Positions 25,901-33,612 of a stretch of 48,119 bases of DNA are shown one piece after another. How positions within the stretch are numbered: position 1 is the first letter of the stretch; each line of letters opens with the position of its first letter. The DNA is from a virus. Its lineage: Duplodnaviria > Caudoviricetes. The notes below the pieces were generated by a model. The model saw only the letters and a program-made list of their open reading frames with translations. It did not search any database and was not told the DNA's origin. A program made the translations under genes and the position numbers. The stretch spans positions 1 through 48,119 of the IMG/VR virus record IMGVR_UViG_3300049187_000025; one strand, 5' to 3'.

Positions 25901-26248
25901 ATGCAAGACCGTGAACTGCTGGAGTTGGCCGCGAAGGCTGCAACTATGGATGTCGAACCGCTCGCCGGAAGTCTTGCCATCCTTTGGCATATGACTGCAC
26001 CGGACGAAGGTCAGGCCTGGAACCCGCTCGCCGATGATGGGGATGCGCTGCGTCTGGCGGGAAGGCTGCGGCTGTCGATCATGCGCACACATGGGCGCCA
26101 CGAGGTGCAGGTCTCGGCCGACGACGGCGGCGGCGGCGGCGGCGGCGAATATTGCGCAGCCTTCGCGCTTGAGCCTGACGGCGACGACCCCTACGCAGCA
26201 ACCCGCCGCGCCATCGTACGAGCAGCCGCTGAACTCGGAAAGGCCTGA
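25901..26248 (+). CDS. Hypothetical protein
   Basis: MQDRELLELAAKAA...WNPLADDGDALRLA...ATRRAIVRAAAELG; AGGAG RBS. Confidence 0.8.
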   Translation: MQDRELLELAAKAATMDVEPLAGSLAILWHMTAPDEGQAWNPLADDGDALRLAGRLRLSIMRTHGRHEVQVSADDGGGGGGGEYCAAFALEPDGDDPYAATRRAIVRAAAELGKA

Positions 26249-26252
26249 CACC

Positions 26253-26489
26253 ATGCCCACACCACCGAATGCAGAGCAGGCGAGGCAGGCGATGACGCTT
26301 GAGCAAGCGCGCGAGATTCTGCGGACGCAGGACGACTCCGACATCGGCAAGGCGCTTCAGGCCTGTGCTGTCGTGGCGCGCTTCTACGGCATCGCGCACC
26401 CGCGCTTGCTGGAGGCTGCCACGTCGCTGGAGCAAGTGGCCGAGTCGCTCGACGCCTCCCGCACCCCACAGCCAGGGCAGGAGGGGTGA
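26253..26489 (+). CDS. Hypothetical protein
   Basis: MPTPPNAEQARQAMTLEQAREIL..., coupled to the next ORF. Confidence 0.55.
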   Translation: MPTPPNAEQARQAMTLEQAREILRTQDDSDIGKALQACAVVARFYGIAHPRLLEAATSLEQVAESLDASRTPQPGQEG

Positions 26490-26707
26490 TGGCCAAGCGC
26501 TTCCGCTGGACCCGCAAGACGTATCGGCAGGCGCACCACCTGTCGCGGCTGCTGAATCGGTTCGAGTTCCCGGATGACCAGCCGGCCATCGTCGCCAAGT
26601 ACTTCGAACTTTGGAACCGCTATTGGCAGGACCACGGGCGCGACCCGCTGAATGAACCGATATTCCTTCGGCTTGAGCGGTTCAAGGGCGATGAAATCCC
26701 ATTCTGA
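26489..26707 (+). CDS. Hypothetical protein
   Basis: MAKRFRWTRKTY...DEIPF; GGAGG RBS. Confidence 0.65.
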   Translation: MAKRFRWTRKTYRQAHHLSRLLNRFEFPDDQPAIVAKYFELWNRYWQDHGRDPLNEPIFLRLERFKGDEIPF

Positions 26708-26717
26708 AGGACTTCCC

Positions 26718-27101
26718 ATGACCACCCAAGCAGACGAGTTGATGAAGCTGGCCGATGACTACGCCGTCGAGGTCGGAGACTACGTTGACGACCGGCAGGT
26801 AGGCATCACGCCGGAGAAGGCCGCCAAGTACGGCTCAACTGGCCGCGCCGCCCTGCGCTCAGCCATCGAAGAGGCGCTGGGGCAGGCTCGGCAGGAAGGC
26901 GTGGCCGCCTGCGTGACCGCGTGCGATGCGCAACTGGCGGTCTATGACGTCAAGATGGCGGAGGCTCTTGCGAAAGGCTGGGGGACCAAGGCCGATCGGA
27001 CCGAGAACTATCGTGAGGCCGTGGAGAACATCAAAGCGACCCTCGCACCTTTCGCCGCACCACCCGCAGATGCATTGCAGCAGATGGAGGGGGAGCGGTG
27101 A
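26718..27101 (+). CDS. Hypothetical protein
   Basis: MTTQADELMKLADDYA; AAGGA RBS. Confidence 0.7.
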   Translation: MTTQADELMKLADDYAVEVGDYVDDRQVGITPEKAAKYGSTGRAALRSAIEEALGQARQEGVAACVTACDAQLAVYDVKMAEALAKGWGTKADRTENYREAVENIKATLAPFAAPPADALQQMEGER

Positions 27102-27225
27102 GAATCGTCACCACGCGCGCCGAGCGCCGCGAACTGGAGCGGCAGAACGCCAAGGAGCCGCGCGAGTTGCGACTGGTCCCGCGTTCCGAGTGGCCGCTAG
27201 AGAACCAAGACGGGCCGATTCTGCG
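27098..27225 (+). pseudogene. 5' fragment (43 codons) of a conserved phage gene split by the inversion
   Basis: GTGA-coupled start MRIVTTRAERRELERQNAKEPRELRLVPRSEWPLENQDGPILR joins in frame to 28378->28069 after re-inversion. Confidence 0.8.
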
Positions 27226-27459
27226 AAGATTCTTGGCGTGCCGCTCGGTGTAGTCGGCCATCAGTTCGACCAGCGGCGGGTCGCCTGGGATGGATGGCGC
27301 TCGAGCGACTCCGGTCGCGTGGAGCGATCGGACTAGCTCTGCCTCGAGCCGCTTGGCATCGCTCGCACCCGCACCGACCGGAAGGCGTCGGTGAAGGCGG
27401 CGGCGACCGACGCAGGCCTCTGCGTGCCAACGGCCGTCGCTGTCTTTTCTGATTGGCAT
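27226..27459 (-). pseudogene. int: Integrase N-terminal fragment (arm-binding region)
   Basis: MPIRKDSDGRWHAEACVGRRRLHRRLP...ASDAKRLEAEL...YTERHAKNL; overlaps the xis-like gene as usual. Confidence 0.8.
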
Positions 27460-27623
27460 GCGCCCCGCTCCTGGGTCCACTGGATCACGGCCGGCAGTTC
27501 GAACCGGCGGCGGCTGCCGACAAGCATACTCGGGCAGCCCTCGAGCACCATGCGGGCGACCGTGCGCTCGCTCACGCGCAGATGGGCGGCGAGCTCGGCA
27601 GGGGTTAGGAGTAGCACGGTCAT
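27333..27623 (-). CDS. xis: Excisionase-like HTH protein
   Basis: LLTPAELAAHLRVSERTVARMV...PSMLVGSRRRFELPAVIQW; overlaps the int start. Confidence 0.78.
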   Translation of the reverse strand: MTVLLLTPAELAAHLRVSERTVARMVLEGCPSMLVGSRRRFELPAVIQWTQERGACQSEKTATAVGTQRPASVAAAFTDAFRSVRVRAMPSGSRQS

Positions 27624-28057
27624 TCCACCTGGAAGGTGTTGCTCTTGCGGACGTTCTGTTCCATCGGGATGATGGATAGATTCGTTTCGACGTGAAGCCC
27701 GCTGACCAGTTCGCCGAAGATCGGTATCTCGTGGTCGACGTGATACTGGATGCCGGTTTCCCGCGTCAGGCGCTTGGCCTCGGCGTAGACGGCATCGATA
27801 GCCGCCTGGTCGGCCCACGGCGCCGGAGTCATCCGGCTGGCGCGATCCCTGGTGACGCCGGGGGTGATTTCTGGCCCTGCCGCCCACCGTCTGACAGCAT
27901 CGGCGTCCCATTGGCGGATCCGCCGGCTGACCTTCACGACAGGCGCCGGGAAGCCCGGCTGAGTCACGACATTGCTGCTCGCGTGCTTGGGCTTGACGCC
28001 CAGGTACTCGGCGATCTTGGCGACCGACCAGCGCTCTGCGGTTTCGGTGTGGGTCAT
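27620..28057 (-). CDS. AlpA-like HTH fused to an HNH endonuclease
   Basis: IAEYLGV...PGFPAPV...RQWDADAVRRW followed by PWAD...YHVDHEIP...VSGLHVETNL...NVRKSN. Confidence 0.78.
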   Translation of the reverse strand: MTHTETAERWSVAKIAEYLGVKPKHASSNVVTQPGFPAPVVKVSRRIRQWDADAVRRWAAGPEITPGVTRDRASRMTPAPWADQAAIDAVYAEAKRLTRETGIQYHVDHEIPIFGELVSGLHVETNLSIIPMEQNVRKSNTFQVE

Positions 28058-28068
28058 GGGTGCGGTGA

Positions 28069-28378
28069 TCACGGCTGCTGCGCTCCCTGCGAAACGTGGA
28101 ACCTCTTCCGCCACGCGAACGACACCGGGGAAGCCATCACCCACAAGTGCCGCAGGTTCGCCACGTTGACCACGTCGCTGTCGATTGGGTACAGCTCAAG
28201 CGCGTCGTGCTGGCCGTAGCCGCATTGGGCCTTGATGCTCTGCAACTCGTCCCAGGTGATGCCGTCGACCCACCGGCCGACCTTCGGGTCAAGCGTCGTG
28301 CGCAGGACGGACAGGCGCACCAGAACCGGCGCGGCCTCGGCGTACTCCTGCACGAGGAAATCACGCGATCGCCAGACC
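28069..28378 (-). pseudogene. 3' part of the conserved phage gene split by the inversion (DUF7694-like, from recollection)
   Basis: VWRSRDFLVQEY...ITWDELQSIK...ELYP...VVNVANLRHLW; lacks a good start of its own. Confidence 0.75.
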
Positions 28379-28379
28379 C

Positions 28380-29174
28380 GCAGACACGGACACCGCGCAG
28401 TACCACGGGTACCGCATCGGCCGCTGGCTCGAGGGCCGGCGCGCTTCGGAAACTCGAGAAGTGGCCGCCGCGATCGTTCAAGACCTGACCGGGGTCTATG
28501 CCCCAGCCACCATCAATCGCAGCCTTGGCGCCCTGAAAAAGGCCCTGCGCATGGCCTGGGAGCGCGGCCGGGTGCCGGTCGACTACAGCGGCCTGGTCAA
28601 GCGCCTGCCCGAGAACAACCAGAAGACCCAGGTTCTGACCATCGAGCAGGCGCGCCTGCTGGCCGATTGCTCGAGCGAGCCGGTGCGTGCGGCCATCTGG
28701 ATCGGCCTGCTGACCGGCTGCCGGCGCGGCGAGGTCTGCAAGATCAAGCTCGAGGACATTGGCGCCGACGTGCTGCGGATCGAAGCCGGCAACACCAAGA
28801 CCCTGCGGTACCGGGAGGTGCCGATCGTGCCGGCGCTGCGGCCGTGGCTCGAGCATCTGCCGCTGCCGATCACGTTCGAAGGGGTCAAGTCGGGAATTCG
28901 AAGGGCTCGAGTCAAGGCCGGGCTGCCGGGGATCGGGTTCCACATCCTGCGCCACTCGTGCGCAACGATCCTGCTGGCGCCGCCGATCAATGCCCCGCTG
29001 CACGTCGTGCGGGAGATCCTCGGGCACTCGAGCATCAGGACGACCGAGCGCTACGCCCATGTGCTGAGCGCGCCGCAAAGGACAGCCCTCGAGGGGCTCG
29101 GCGCTGCCGTAGATTCCACCGGGGTTTACACCGGAGCCCCCGATGAGGGGGATGATCTGAGGCTAAGTGCTTGA
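28380..29174 (+). pseudogene. int: Tyrosine integrase, core-binding and catalytic part
   Basis: APATINRSL, TGCRRGE (R), NTKT (K), HILRH (HxxR), LGH, TERY (Y); frame is open back to the inversion junction. Confidence 0.9.
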
Positions 29175-29338
29175 TTTACTTGGTGGGCGGTGCAGGGTTC
29201 GAACCTGCGACCCCTGCCGTGTGAACCCAAGTGTCTGCCATTTCGTGGTGCCGACTTACCTCGTGGCGAGCAGCCAATGGCAGCGCTTGGAGGGCTCTGT
29301 CTGGCAGAGATTTACACCAATTTCTTCACACGGTGTAC
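29113..29338. promoter_or_regulatory. attP arms: IHF-like site and arm-type repeats
   Basis: aATCAAgcacTTA on the minus strand at 29164-29176 matches WATCAANNNNTTR; related repeats ttccaccg (29114), tttacaccg (29125), tttacacca (29311), ttcacacgg (29325). Confidence 0.6.
29181..29225 (-). tRNA. attP core: 3' half of tRNA-Val(CAC), not a complete tRNA
   Basis: Minus strand TTCACAC-GGCAG-GGGTC-GCAGG TTCGAAC CCTGC-ACCGCCC-A-CCA gives anticodon loop, T arm, acceptor strand and CCA; immediately after int. Confidence 0.92.
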
Positions 29339-29358
29339 TGCTGACGTAAACTTGTGGG

Positions 29359-29883
29359 ATGAATGAGCGGCACGGCCTTATCAAGCACCCGACTTACACG
29401 TCATGGCGCGGCATGCGCCAACGATGCACCAATCCGAAGGATTCGCATTGGGCTGACTATGGCGGGCGCGGCATCCGCATCTGCCCGGAGTGGGCCTCTT
29501 TCCGCGCTTTCCACGAATGGGCAATCGCCAGCGGGTGGGCTCTAGGCCTGACGCTCGATAGATACCCCGACGTCAACGGGAACTACGAACCTTCCAATTG
29601 CCGGTGGGCAACGGCGCAGGAGCAGGGCCGCAACAAGCGCCCAAGGCTGTCGGTCGAAGTTGACGGACTGACTCTCAGCGTGAGGCAGTGGTCGGCGCTA
29701 ACGGGGATTTTTATAACGACCTTGTACAAGCGCTATCACGCCGGTATCCGCGGCAAGGAGTTCATCGCACCACCAGTCAACCCAGCTACACCGAAGGGTG
29801 TACCAACCGCCCCTCACCAGCAGACCGCCACCACAGCCCGCCCCGGCTCGGACTTCGCCGCCCGCACGATCCCCCAGCCATAG
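29359..29883 (+). CDS. HNH-type homing endonuclease-like protein
   Basis: YTSWRGMRQRC...YGGRGIRICPEW...TLDR...NGNYEPSNCRWAT...N. Confidence 0.88.
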   Translation: MNERHGLIKHPTYTSWRGMRQRCTNPKDSHWADYGGRGIRICPEWASFRAFHEWAIASGWALGLTLDRYPDVNGNYEPSNCRWATAQEQGRNKRPRLSVEVDGLTLSVRQWSALTGIFITTLYKRYHAGIRGKEFIAPPVNPATPKGVPTAPHQQTATTARPGSDFAARTIPQP

Positions 29884-30233
29884 GACCCATCGGTGTGCAG
29901 GATGGAGACCGCGACGCCGTCGAAGTCAGCCGGCGAGGCGTCGACCTGGTCGGGCACGAAGAACTCGGTCTTGCCGCCGCGGGGCTGGTGGCCACGGCAC
30001 CGGCCTTCGTAGGTGAACGGGACTTCCGAGTGACGGGTCGAGGTGCGCGGCCTGCGGCGGCTTTTCAGCTGGCGCTCGGCGGAGATCACCTGAACCTGGA
30101 GCTCGGCGACGAGAAGCTCGGTGTACCGCTTCAGCCACGGCAGATAGGGGTCGCCGCGCTGGCTGCCGATGAGCGACTGCCGGAGCAGCACTTCGATGAC
30201 CGTCTCGGACGGGGCGCGCAGGGTGGCGGCCAT
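29814..30233 (-). CDS. Hypothetical protein, last gene of the lysis operon
   Basis: TGATG-coupled to the spanin gene. Confidence 0.6.
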   Translation of the reverse strand: MAATLRAPSETVIEVLLRQSLIGSQRGDPYLPWLKRYTELLVAELQVQVISAERQLKSRRRPRTSTRHSEVPFTYEGRCRGHQPRGGKTEFFVPDQVDASPADFDGVAVSILHTDGSYGWGIVRAAKSEPGRAVVAVCW

Positions 30234-30763
30234 CAGTGATCCAGCCGGCCGCCGTCCTGCGCCACGTCGCCGCCCTGGCAGCGCTCTAGGGCCGCTCGGA
30301 GCTCGTCGGCCCTTGCAGCGAGCCCGACAAGAAACGCTGCATCTGGTCTTGAAAGCTGTCGCCCAGTGGCGCCCGAACAGGCTTCTGCTGCGCCACCGGA
30401 GGCGGGCACAGCGGGACGCTCGGCGCGGTCGCGCAGGCTTGCAAAAGCAGCGTCACGCTGGCTGCCAACAGTGCGAATCCTCTGCTCATACGTCTCCTGC
30501 CTTTCGTGTTCCTGCGTGCGCATCTGCTCTAGCATCTCGGCGTAGTCGCGCAGCCTGGTTTCGTAGTCGCCCTTCTGGCGCAGGGCCTGCGCGTCCCAGT
30601 CGGCTTTGAGTTCGGCGTAGCCGCGGTGATGGCCGTAGCCGTAGCCACCGCCGACCAGGGCGCCCACGCAGAACAGCCAGCCGATCCAGCGCCAGGCGGC
30701 CAGGGCCTTGGAGCCCATGAAGAAGCCGAACAGGCGGGCGGCGATGGTGGTGGCGAGGATCAT
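30233..30763 (-). CDS. Rz-like inner-membrane spanin
   Basis: N-terminal TM segment, coiled coil, C-terminal ARADELRAALERCQ; contains an embedded lipoprotein gene. Confidence 0.85.
   Translation of the reverse strand: MILATTIAARLFGFFMGSKALAAWRWIGWLFCVGALVGGGYGYGHHRGYAELKADWDAQALRQKGDYETRLRDYAEMLEQMRTQEHERQETYEQRIRTVGSQRDAAFASLRDRAERPAVPASGGAAEACSGATGRQLSRPDAAFLVGLAARADELRAALERCQGGDVAQDGGRLDH
30286..30489 (-). CDS. Rz1-like outer-membrane lipoprotein spanin, embedded in Rz
   Basis: Signal peptide with lipobox LLQAC, Pro-rich body, alternative frame within Rz. Confidence 0.8.
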   Translation of the reverse strand: MSRGFALLAASVTLLLQACATAPSVPLCPPPVAQQKPVRAPLGDSFQDQMQRFLSGSLQGPTSSERP

Positions 30764-31686
30764 GCGTTTGCCTCCTGCCAAGCCTCTGTCACGGCTGCCC
30801 AGCGCGCCGCGTGCTTGATGTGGGCGCTGCGCGGGTCGTTGGGGTCGGCAAGGTGGCGCATGCTCCCTGGCCCGTCTTCGAACCTGGTCACGGCAGTCCA
30901 GATGAAGGAATCGACCTCCTCTTCGCACAGCCGCCGGATGGCCCTGGCCAGGAAGGCGCCGTCCGGGTCATGCGCCGGATTGCTCCAGACCTGATTCGCA
31001 ACGACACCGACGCCCCAGCGATCACGGGCGGCGAGCACCTTGCCGAGCCGGTCCTCGAACAGCGGCGGACTGCAGACCAGATCGTCCTGGAAGTTGAAGG
31101 TGAGATCGATGTGCCCGGCGAAGCGGCTCGCGGCCCACTCCGGCCGGTAGGCCTTGTCGATGTCGTTGGCGGCGTAGCCGCGCGCGCCGAGGGCGAAGCG
31201 CTGATCTGGAACGGCGCCTAGCACCGCGTCCATCGTCTCCTCATAGGAAGCCCAGAGAGTGGACGGCGTGCAGGTGCCGGCGGGCTCGGAGATCGGCTCC
31301 AACCGCTTCGGCCGGATGACCCTGGCAAGGTGCCGCGTCAGGTGCAGGAACTGCCTGCGGCGCTTGCGACCTTCCGGGGTCCAGAGGTCCATGCCGCCGT
31401 TGAAGCCCTGCAACTGGTTGGAGTCCATGGCCAGTTGCACGTCGCCGCCGAGGGCACGGCAGGCCTCGGCCTGGGCGACGAGCATCTGCTCGTACTCGGG
31501 CCGCAGGCGGTGCGGCTGGTCTTCTGCGAAGCTGTCGACCTGGAAATTCGTGCCGTAGCCGGGCGGCGGCTCCGCGCCGAGCCAGCGGCAGAGGATGCGC
31601 ACGTCGGGGGCGCCAACCGCGGCCGCCTCGGAGATGTCATCGCGCGTCCACAGTTCACCAAGGCCGAGGTTCTGGCCGAGGATCAT
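30760..31686 (-). CDS. Glycoside-hydrolase clan A (GH5-like) TIM-barrel protein
   Basis: GAPDVRI, EPISEP (acid/base-like), TFNFQD, GVVANQV, SFIW follow the GH5 strand order; ATGA-coupled on both sides. Confidence 0.5.
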   Translation of the reverse strand: MILGQNLGLGELWTRDDISEAAAVGAPDVRILCRWLGAEPPPGYGTNFQVDSFAEDQPHRLRPEYEQMLVAQAEACRALGGDVQLAMDSNQLQGFNGGMDLWTPEGRKRRRQFLHLTRHLARVIRPKRLEPISEPAGTCTPSTLWASYEETMDAVLGAVPDQRFALGARGYAANDIDKAYRPEWAASRFAGHIDLTFNFQDDLVCSPPLFEDRLGKVLAARDRWGVGVVANQVWSNPAHDPDGAFLARAIRRLCEEEVDSFIWTAVTRFEDGPGSMRHLADPNDPRSAHIKHAARWAAVTEAWQEANA

Positions 31687-32123
31687 GACCACTCTCCCGT
31701 GCGCATCTGGTCGGCCATGCGCTTGGCACGGGCTGGCGTCTGCTTGTCCCAGGTGGAATCCAGCATCTCGGCCGCCGCGCTTTCCCAGGCGCCGACCGAC
31801 ATCGCAGCCAGCGCGCGCCGGAACTTGAGCACGCGCTTGGCTCCCATCTGGAACATCATCCCGATGAGCACGGCCTGCCGGGCGGCGTCGAGGTGCTGGA
31901 ACCAGGGGGCGAAACGCGTCGTGCACTCGACGGTGGCCACGGCGATGTCGGCGTCGAGAGCTTGGCTGATCTTGTCGTCGCTCCAGTACAGGCCGGGGTA
32001 AACCTCCGGGCCCGTGTGGCCCACGCCGATCGTGTAGGGGGCGCCATTCGTGAGCGGATCCGGATAGGCCTTGTTCCGCCAACCCTCCTCGCTGATGAGC
32101 ATGTAGCGGACGGACTTTTCCAT
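31683..32123 (-). CDS. Endolysin, T4-lysozyme-like (GH24)
   Basis: EEGWRNKAYPD...YTIGVGH, RQAVLIGMMFQMG, AAAEMLDSTWDKQTPARAKR. Confidence 0.93.
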   Translation of the reverse strand: MEKSVRYMLISEEGWRNKAYPDPLTNGAPYTIGVGHTGPEVYPGLYWSDDKISQALDADIAVATVECTTRFAPWFQHLDAARQAVLIGMMFQMGAKRVLKFRRALAAMSVGAWESAAAEMLDSTWDKQTPARAKRMADQMRTGEWS

Positions 32124-32133
32124 CGGCGGCCTT

Positions 32134-32409
32134 TCAGGGGTTTCCAACATAGCCGCGCACCAAGCGCAGCAGCTTGTCGCACCAGATTTCGAGCGACGTG
32201 ATTTCGGCTCGCGTCATCGACCGCCGCGCGTGACCGCAGTCGTCGCGGACCTCGTATTGACCGACCTCGGGCGTGTACCAAAGGTCGAGGAAGACCGCGA
32301 GCAGCTTCGGTGGACTGGACAGTTGGACCTTCACCTCCTCCACCTTCGCCCAACCGGTCTTTCGGAGACCGTCCCATTGCACGCGGCGGTGGTAGAGGTC
32401 ATCAGACAT
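32134..32409 (-). CDS. Hypothetical protein
   Basis: ORF between the membrane genes and the endolysin. Confidence 0.6.
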   Translation of the reverse strand: MSDDLYHRRVQWDGLRKTGWAKVEEVKVQLSSPPKLLAVFLDLWYTPEVGQYEVRDDCGHARRSMTRAEITSLEIWCDKLLRLVRGYVGNP

Positions 32410-32411
32410 GG

Positions 32412-32723
32412 CTAGTCCCCAGCCCATGGATGAGTGATGATTGCCGGCGGTGGCGGCGACTTGCCCGGCACGCCGTCACGCCACCGTGGCGATCCGAGCG
32501 CCAGGAAGATGACGAGGCCGGCACCGAGGCTGACGCCAGCCCATTCCTCCGGCACCACGACCGAGAAGATGGCGCCGGCCGCGAGCAGGCAGTGCTGACC
32601 GCGAATGACCCACCAAGTGCTGTGGTCCATGTAGCGGAGCCGGCAGATCACGGCATAGGCGATGCAGGCCGCGATGACCACGAGAAAGAGGGCGGGGGAG
32701 AAAATTTCGGAAAGCGTCATCAT
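32412..32723 (-). CDS. Membrane protein (holin/antiholin candidate)
   Basis: About 3 hydrophobic segments; in the lysis cassette. Confidence 0.6.
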   Translation of the reverse strand: MMTLSEIFSPALFLVVIAACIAYAVICRLRYMDHSTWWVIRGQHCLLAAGAIFSVVVPEEWAGVSLGAGLVIFLALGSPRWRDGVPGKSPPPPAIITHPWAGD

Positions 32724-33094
32724 TGCTGGGACCTCCGATCGATAACAGCACGCAAGACCCCCCCGAGCCACAAACCTACGCGCGGCCAGCGATGACCGAC
32801 CCAGCCGATACCGATGGCGCATGGGCTCATCAGAACCTGCGCGTTATCGAGGTGCATCCACAGCGCTGCGACGTTGGCCGCTGAGCCGGCGAGAATCCAG
32901 CCGACGGCCGCGAAGCTCATGACGTAGCCGAAGGCCTCCAGCCGCGTGGACTGGCGCCAATCGGCAAGGCCGAAATAGGCCCCGGCCATCGCGCCGGCAC
33001 CGATCACCAGTTGCGGCGCAACGAGGTTGGCCATCTCGACACCGATGACCAGCGCCAGCAGCTTGGCGACGAAGAGAATTGTTGGGTCGTTCAC
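32720..33094 (-). CDS. Membrane protein (holin candidate)
   Basis: Several hydrophobic segments with GAMAGA motif and basic C-terminus. Confidence 0.6.
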   Translation of the reverse strand: MNDPTILFVAKLLALVIGVEMANLVAPQLVIGAGAMAGAYFGLADWRQSTRLEAFGYVMSFAAVGWILAGSAANVAALWMHLDNAQVLMSPCAIGIGWVGHRWPRVGLWLGGVLRAVIDRRSQQ

Positions 33095-33435
33095 GCGCGC
33101 CTCCAGTACGCAAGAGCCACGCAAGCCATCAAGGCCGACAGCAGCACCATCCAGGTGGAAAACTCGCGACTGCAGCTCCAAGCGTGGCTATCCCAGCGCA
33201 CGGCGAACCAAGCGAGCGAACAAAGGGTTGTGGTCGATCCCATCACCGCAGCGGACAGGCAGGCGGCGGACACGAATCGGTTCCGACTGCCACGCGCCGC
33301 GGTGATGGCCAGGGCGACGAGCGGCAGCCATTGCGTCAGCGCTCGCCAGTTGCCCTGCAACTCGTAAGGCAGCAACTGCCATGAGAGGTCATGGACGGCC
33401 GCTGCCAGCACGATGAAGGCCGCCAGGCCGTTCAC
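33091..33435 (-). CDS. Membrane protein
   Basis: About 4 hydrophobic segments; GTGA-coupled. Confidence 0.6.
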   Translation of the reverse strand: MNGLAAFIVLAAAVHDLSWQLLPYELQGNWRALTQWLPLVALAITAARGSRNRFVSAACLSAAVMGSTTTLCSLAWFAVRWDSHAWSCSREFSTWMVLLSALMACVALAYWRRA

Positions 33436-33593
33436 TTCTGCGGCGGTGGCGCGGGAGGCGGCCCGCCATCGATGTGCACCGGCGGCCACACCAGCGGCGC
33501 CGGTGGAGGTCCGGGCGGCGGGCCGCCTGTTGGGGTCGGTGGGTCGATCTTGTCAGCGAGCCAGCGCAGGATGGTGGCGAGTGCTTCTCTCAT
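33432..33593 (-). CDS. Small proline-rich protein
   Basis: AAAGGA RBS; MREALATILRWLADKIDPP...GGPPP twice. Confidence 0.6.
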   Translation of the reverse strand: MREALATILRWLADKIDPPTPTGGPPPGPPPAPLVWPPVHIDGGPPPAPPPQK

Positions 33594-33612
33594 GGATCTT
33601 TCCTTTCGAGGG

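Larger units (their letters stand above)
27220..28384. other. Inverted segment bounded by a 6-bp inverted repeat TCTGCG/CGCAGA
   Basis: Minus-strand genes inside a plus-strand operon; both junctions cut genes whose halves rejoin on re-inversion. Confidence 0.88.

Noticed and set aside
28461-29174. Complete 237-aa integrase starting at GTG 28461
   Set aside because: The frame extends upstream to the inversion junction, and the true N-terminus lies at 27459->27226 on the opposite strand.
29181-29225. Functional phage tRNA gene
   Set aside because: Only the 3' half is present; there is no D arm or 5' acceptor strand, so it is the attP core.
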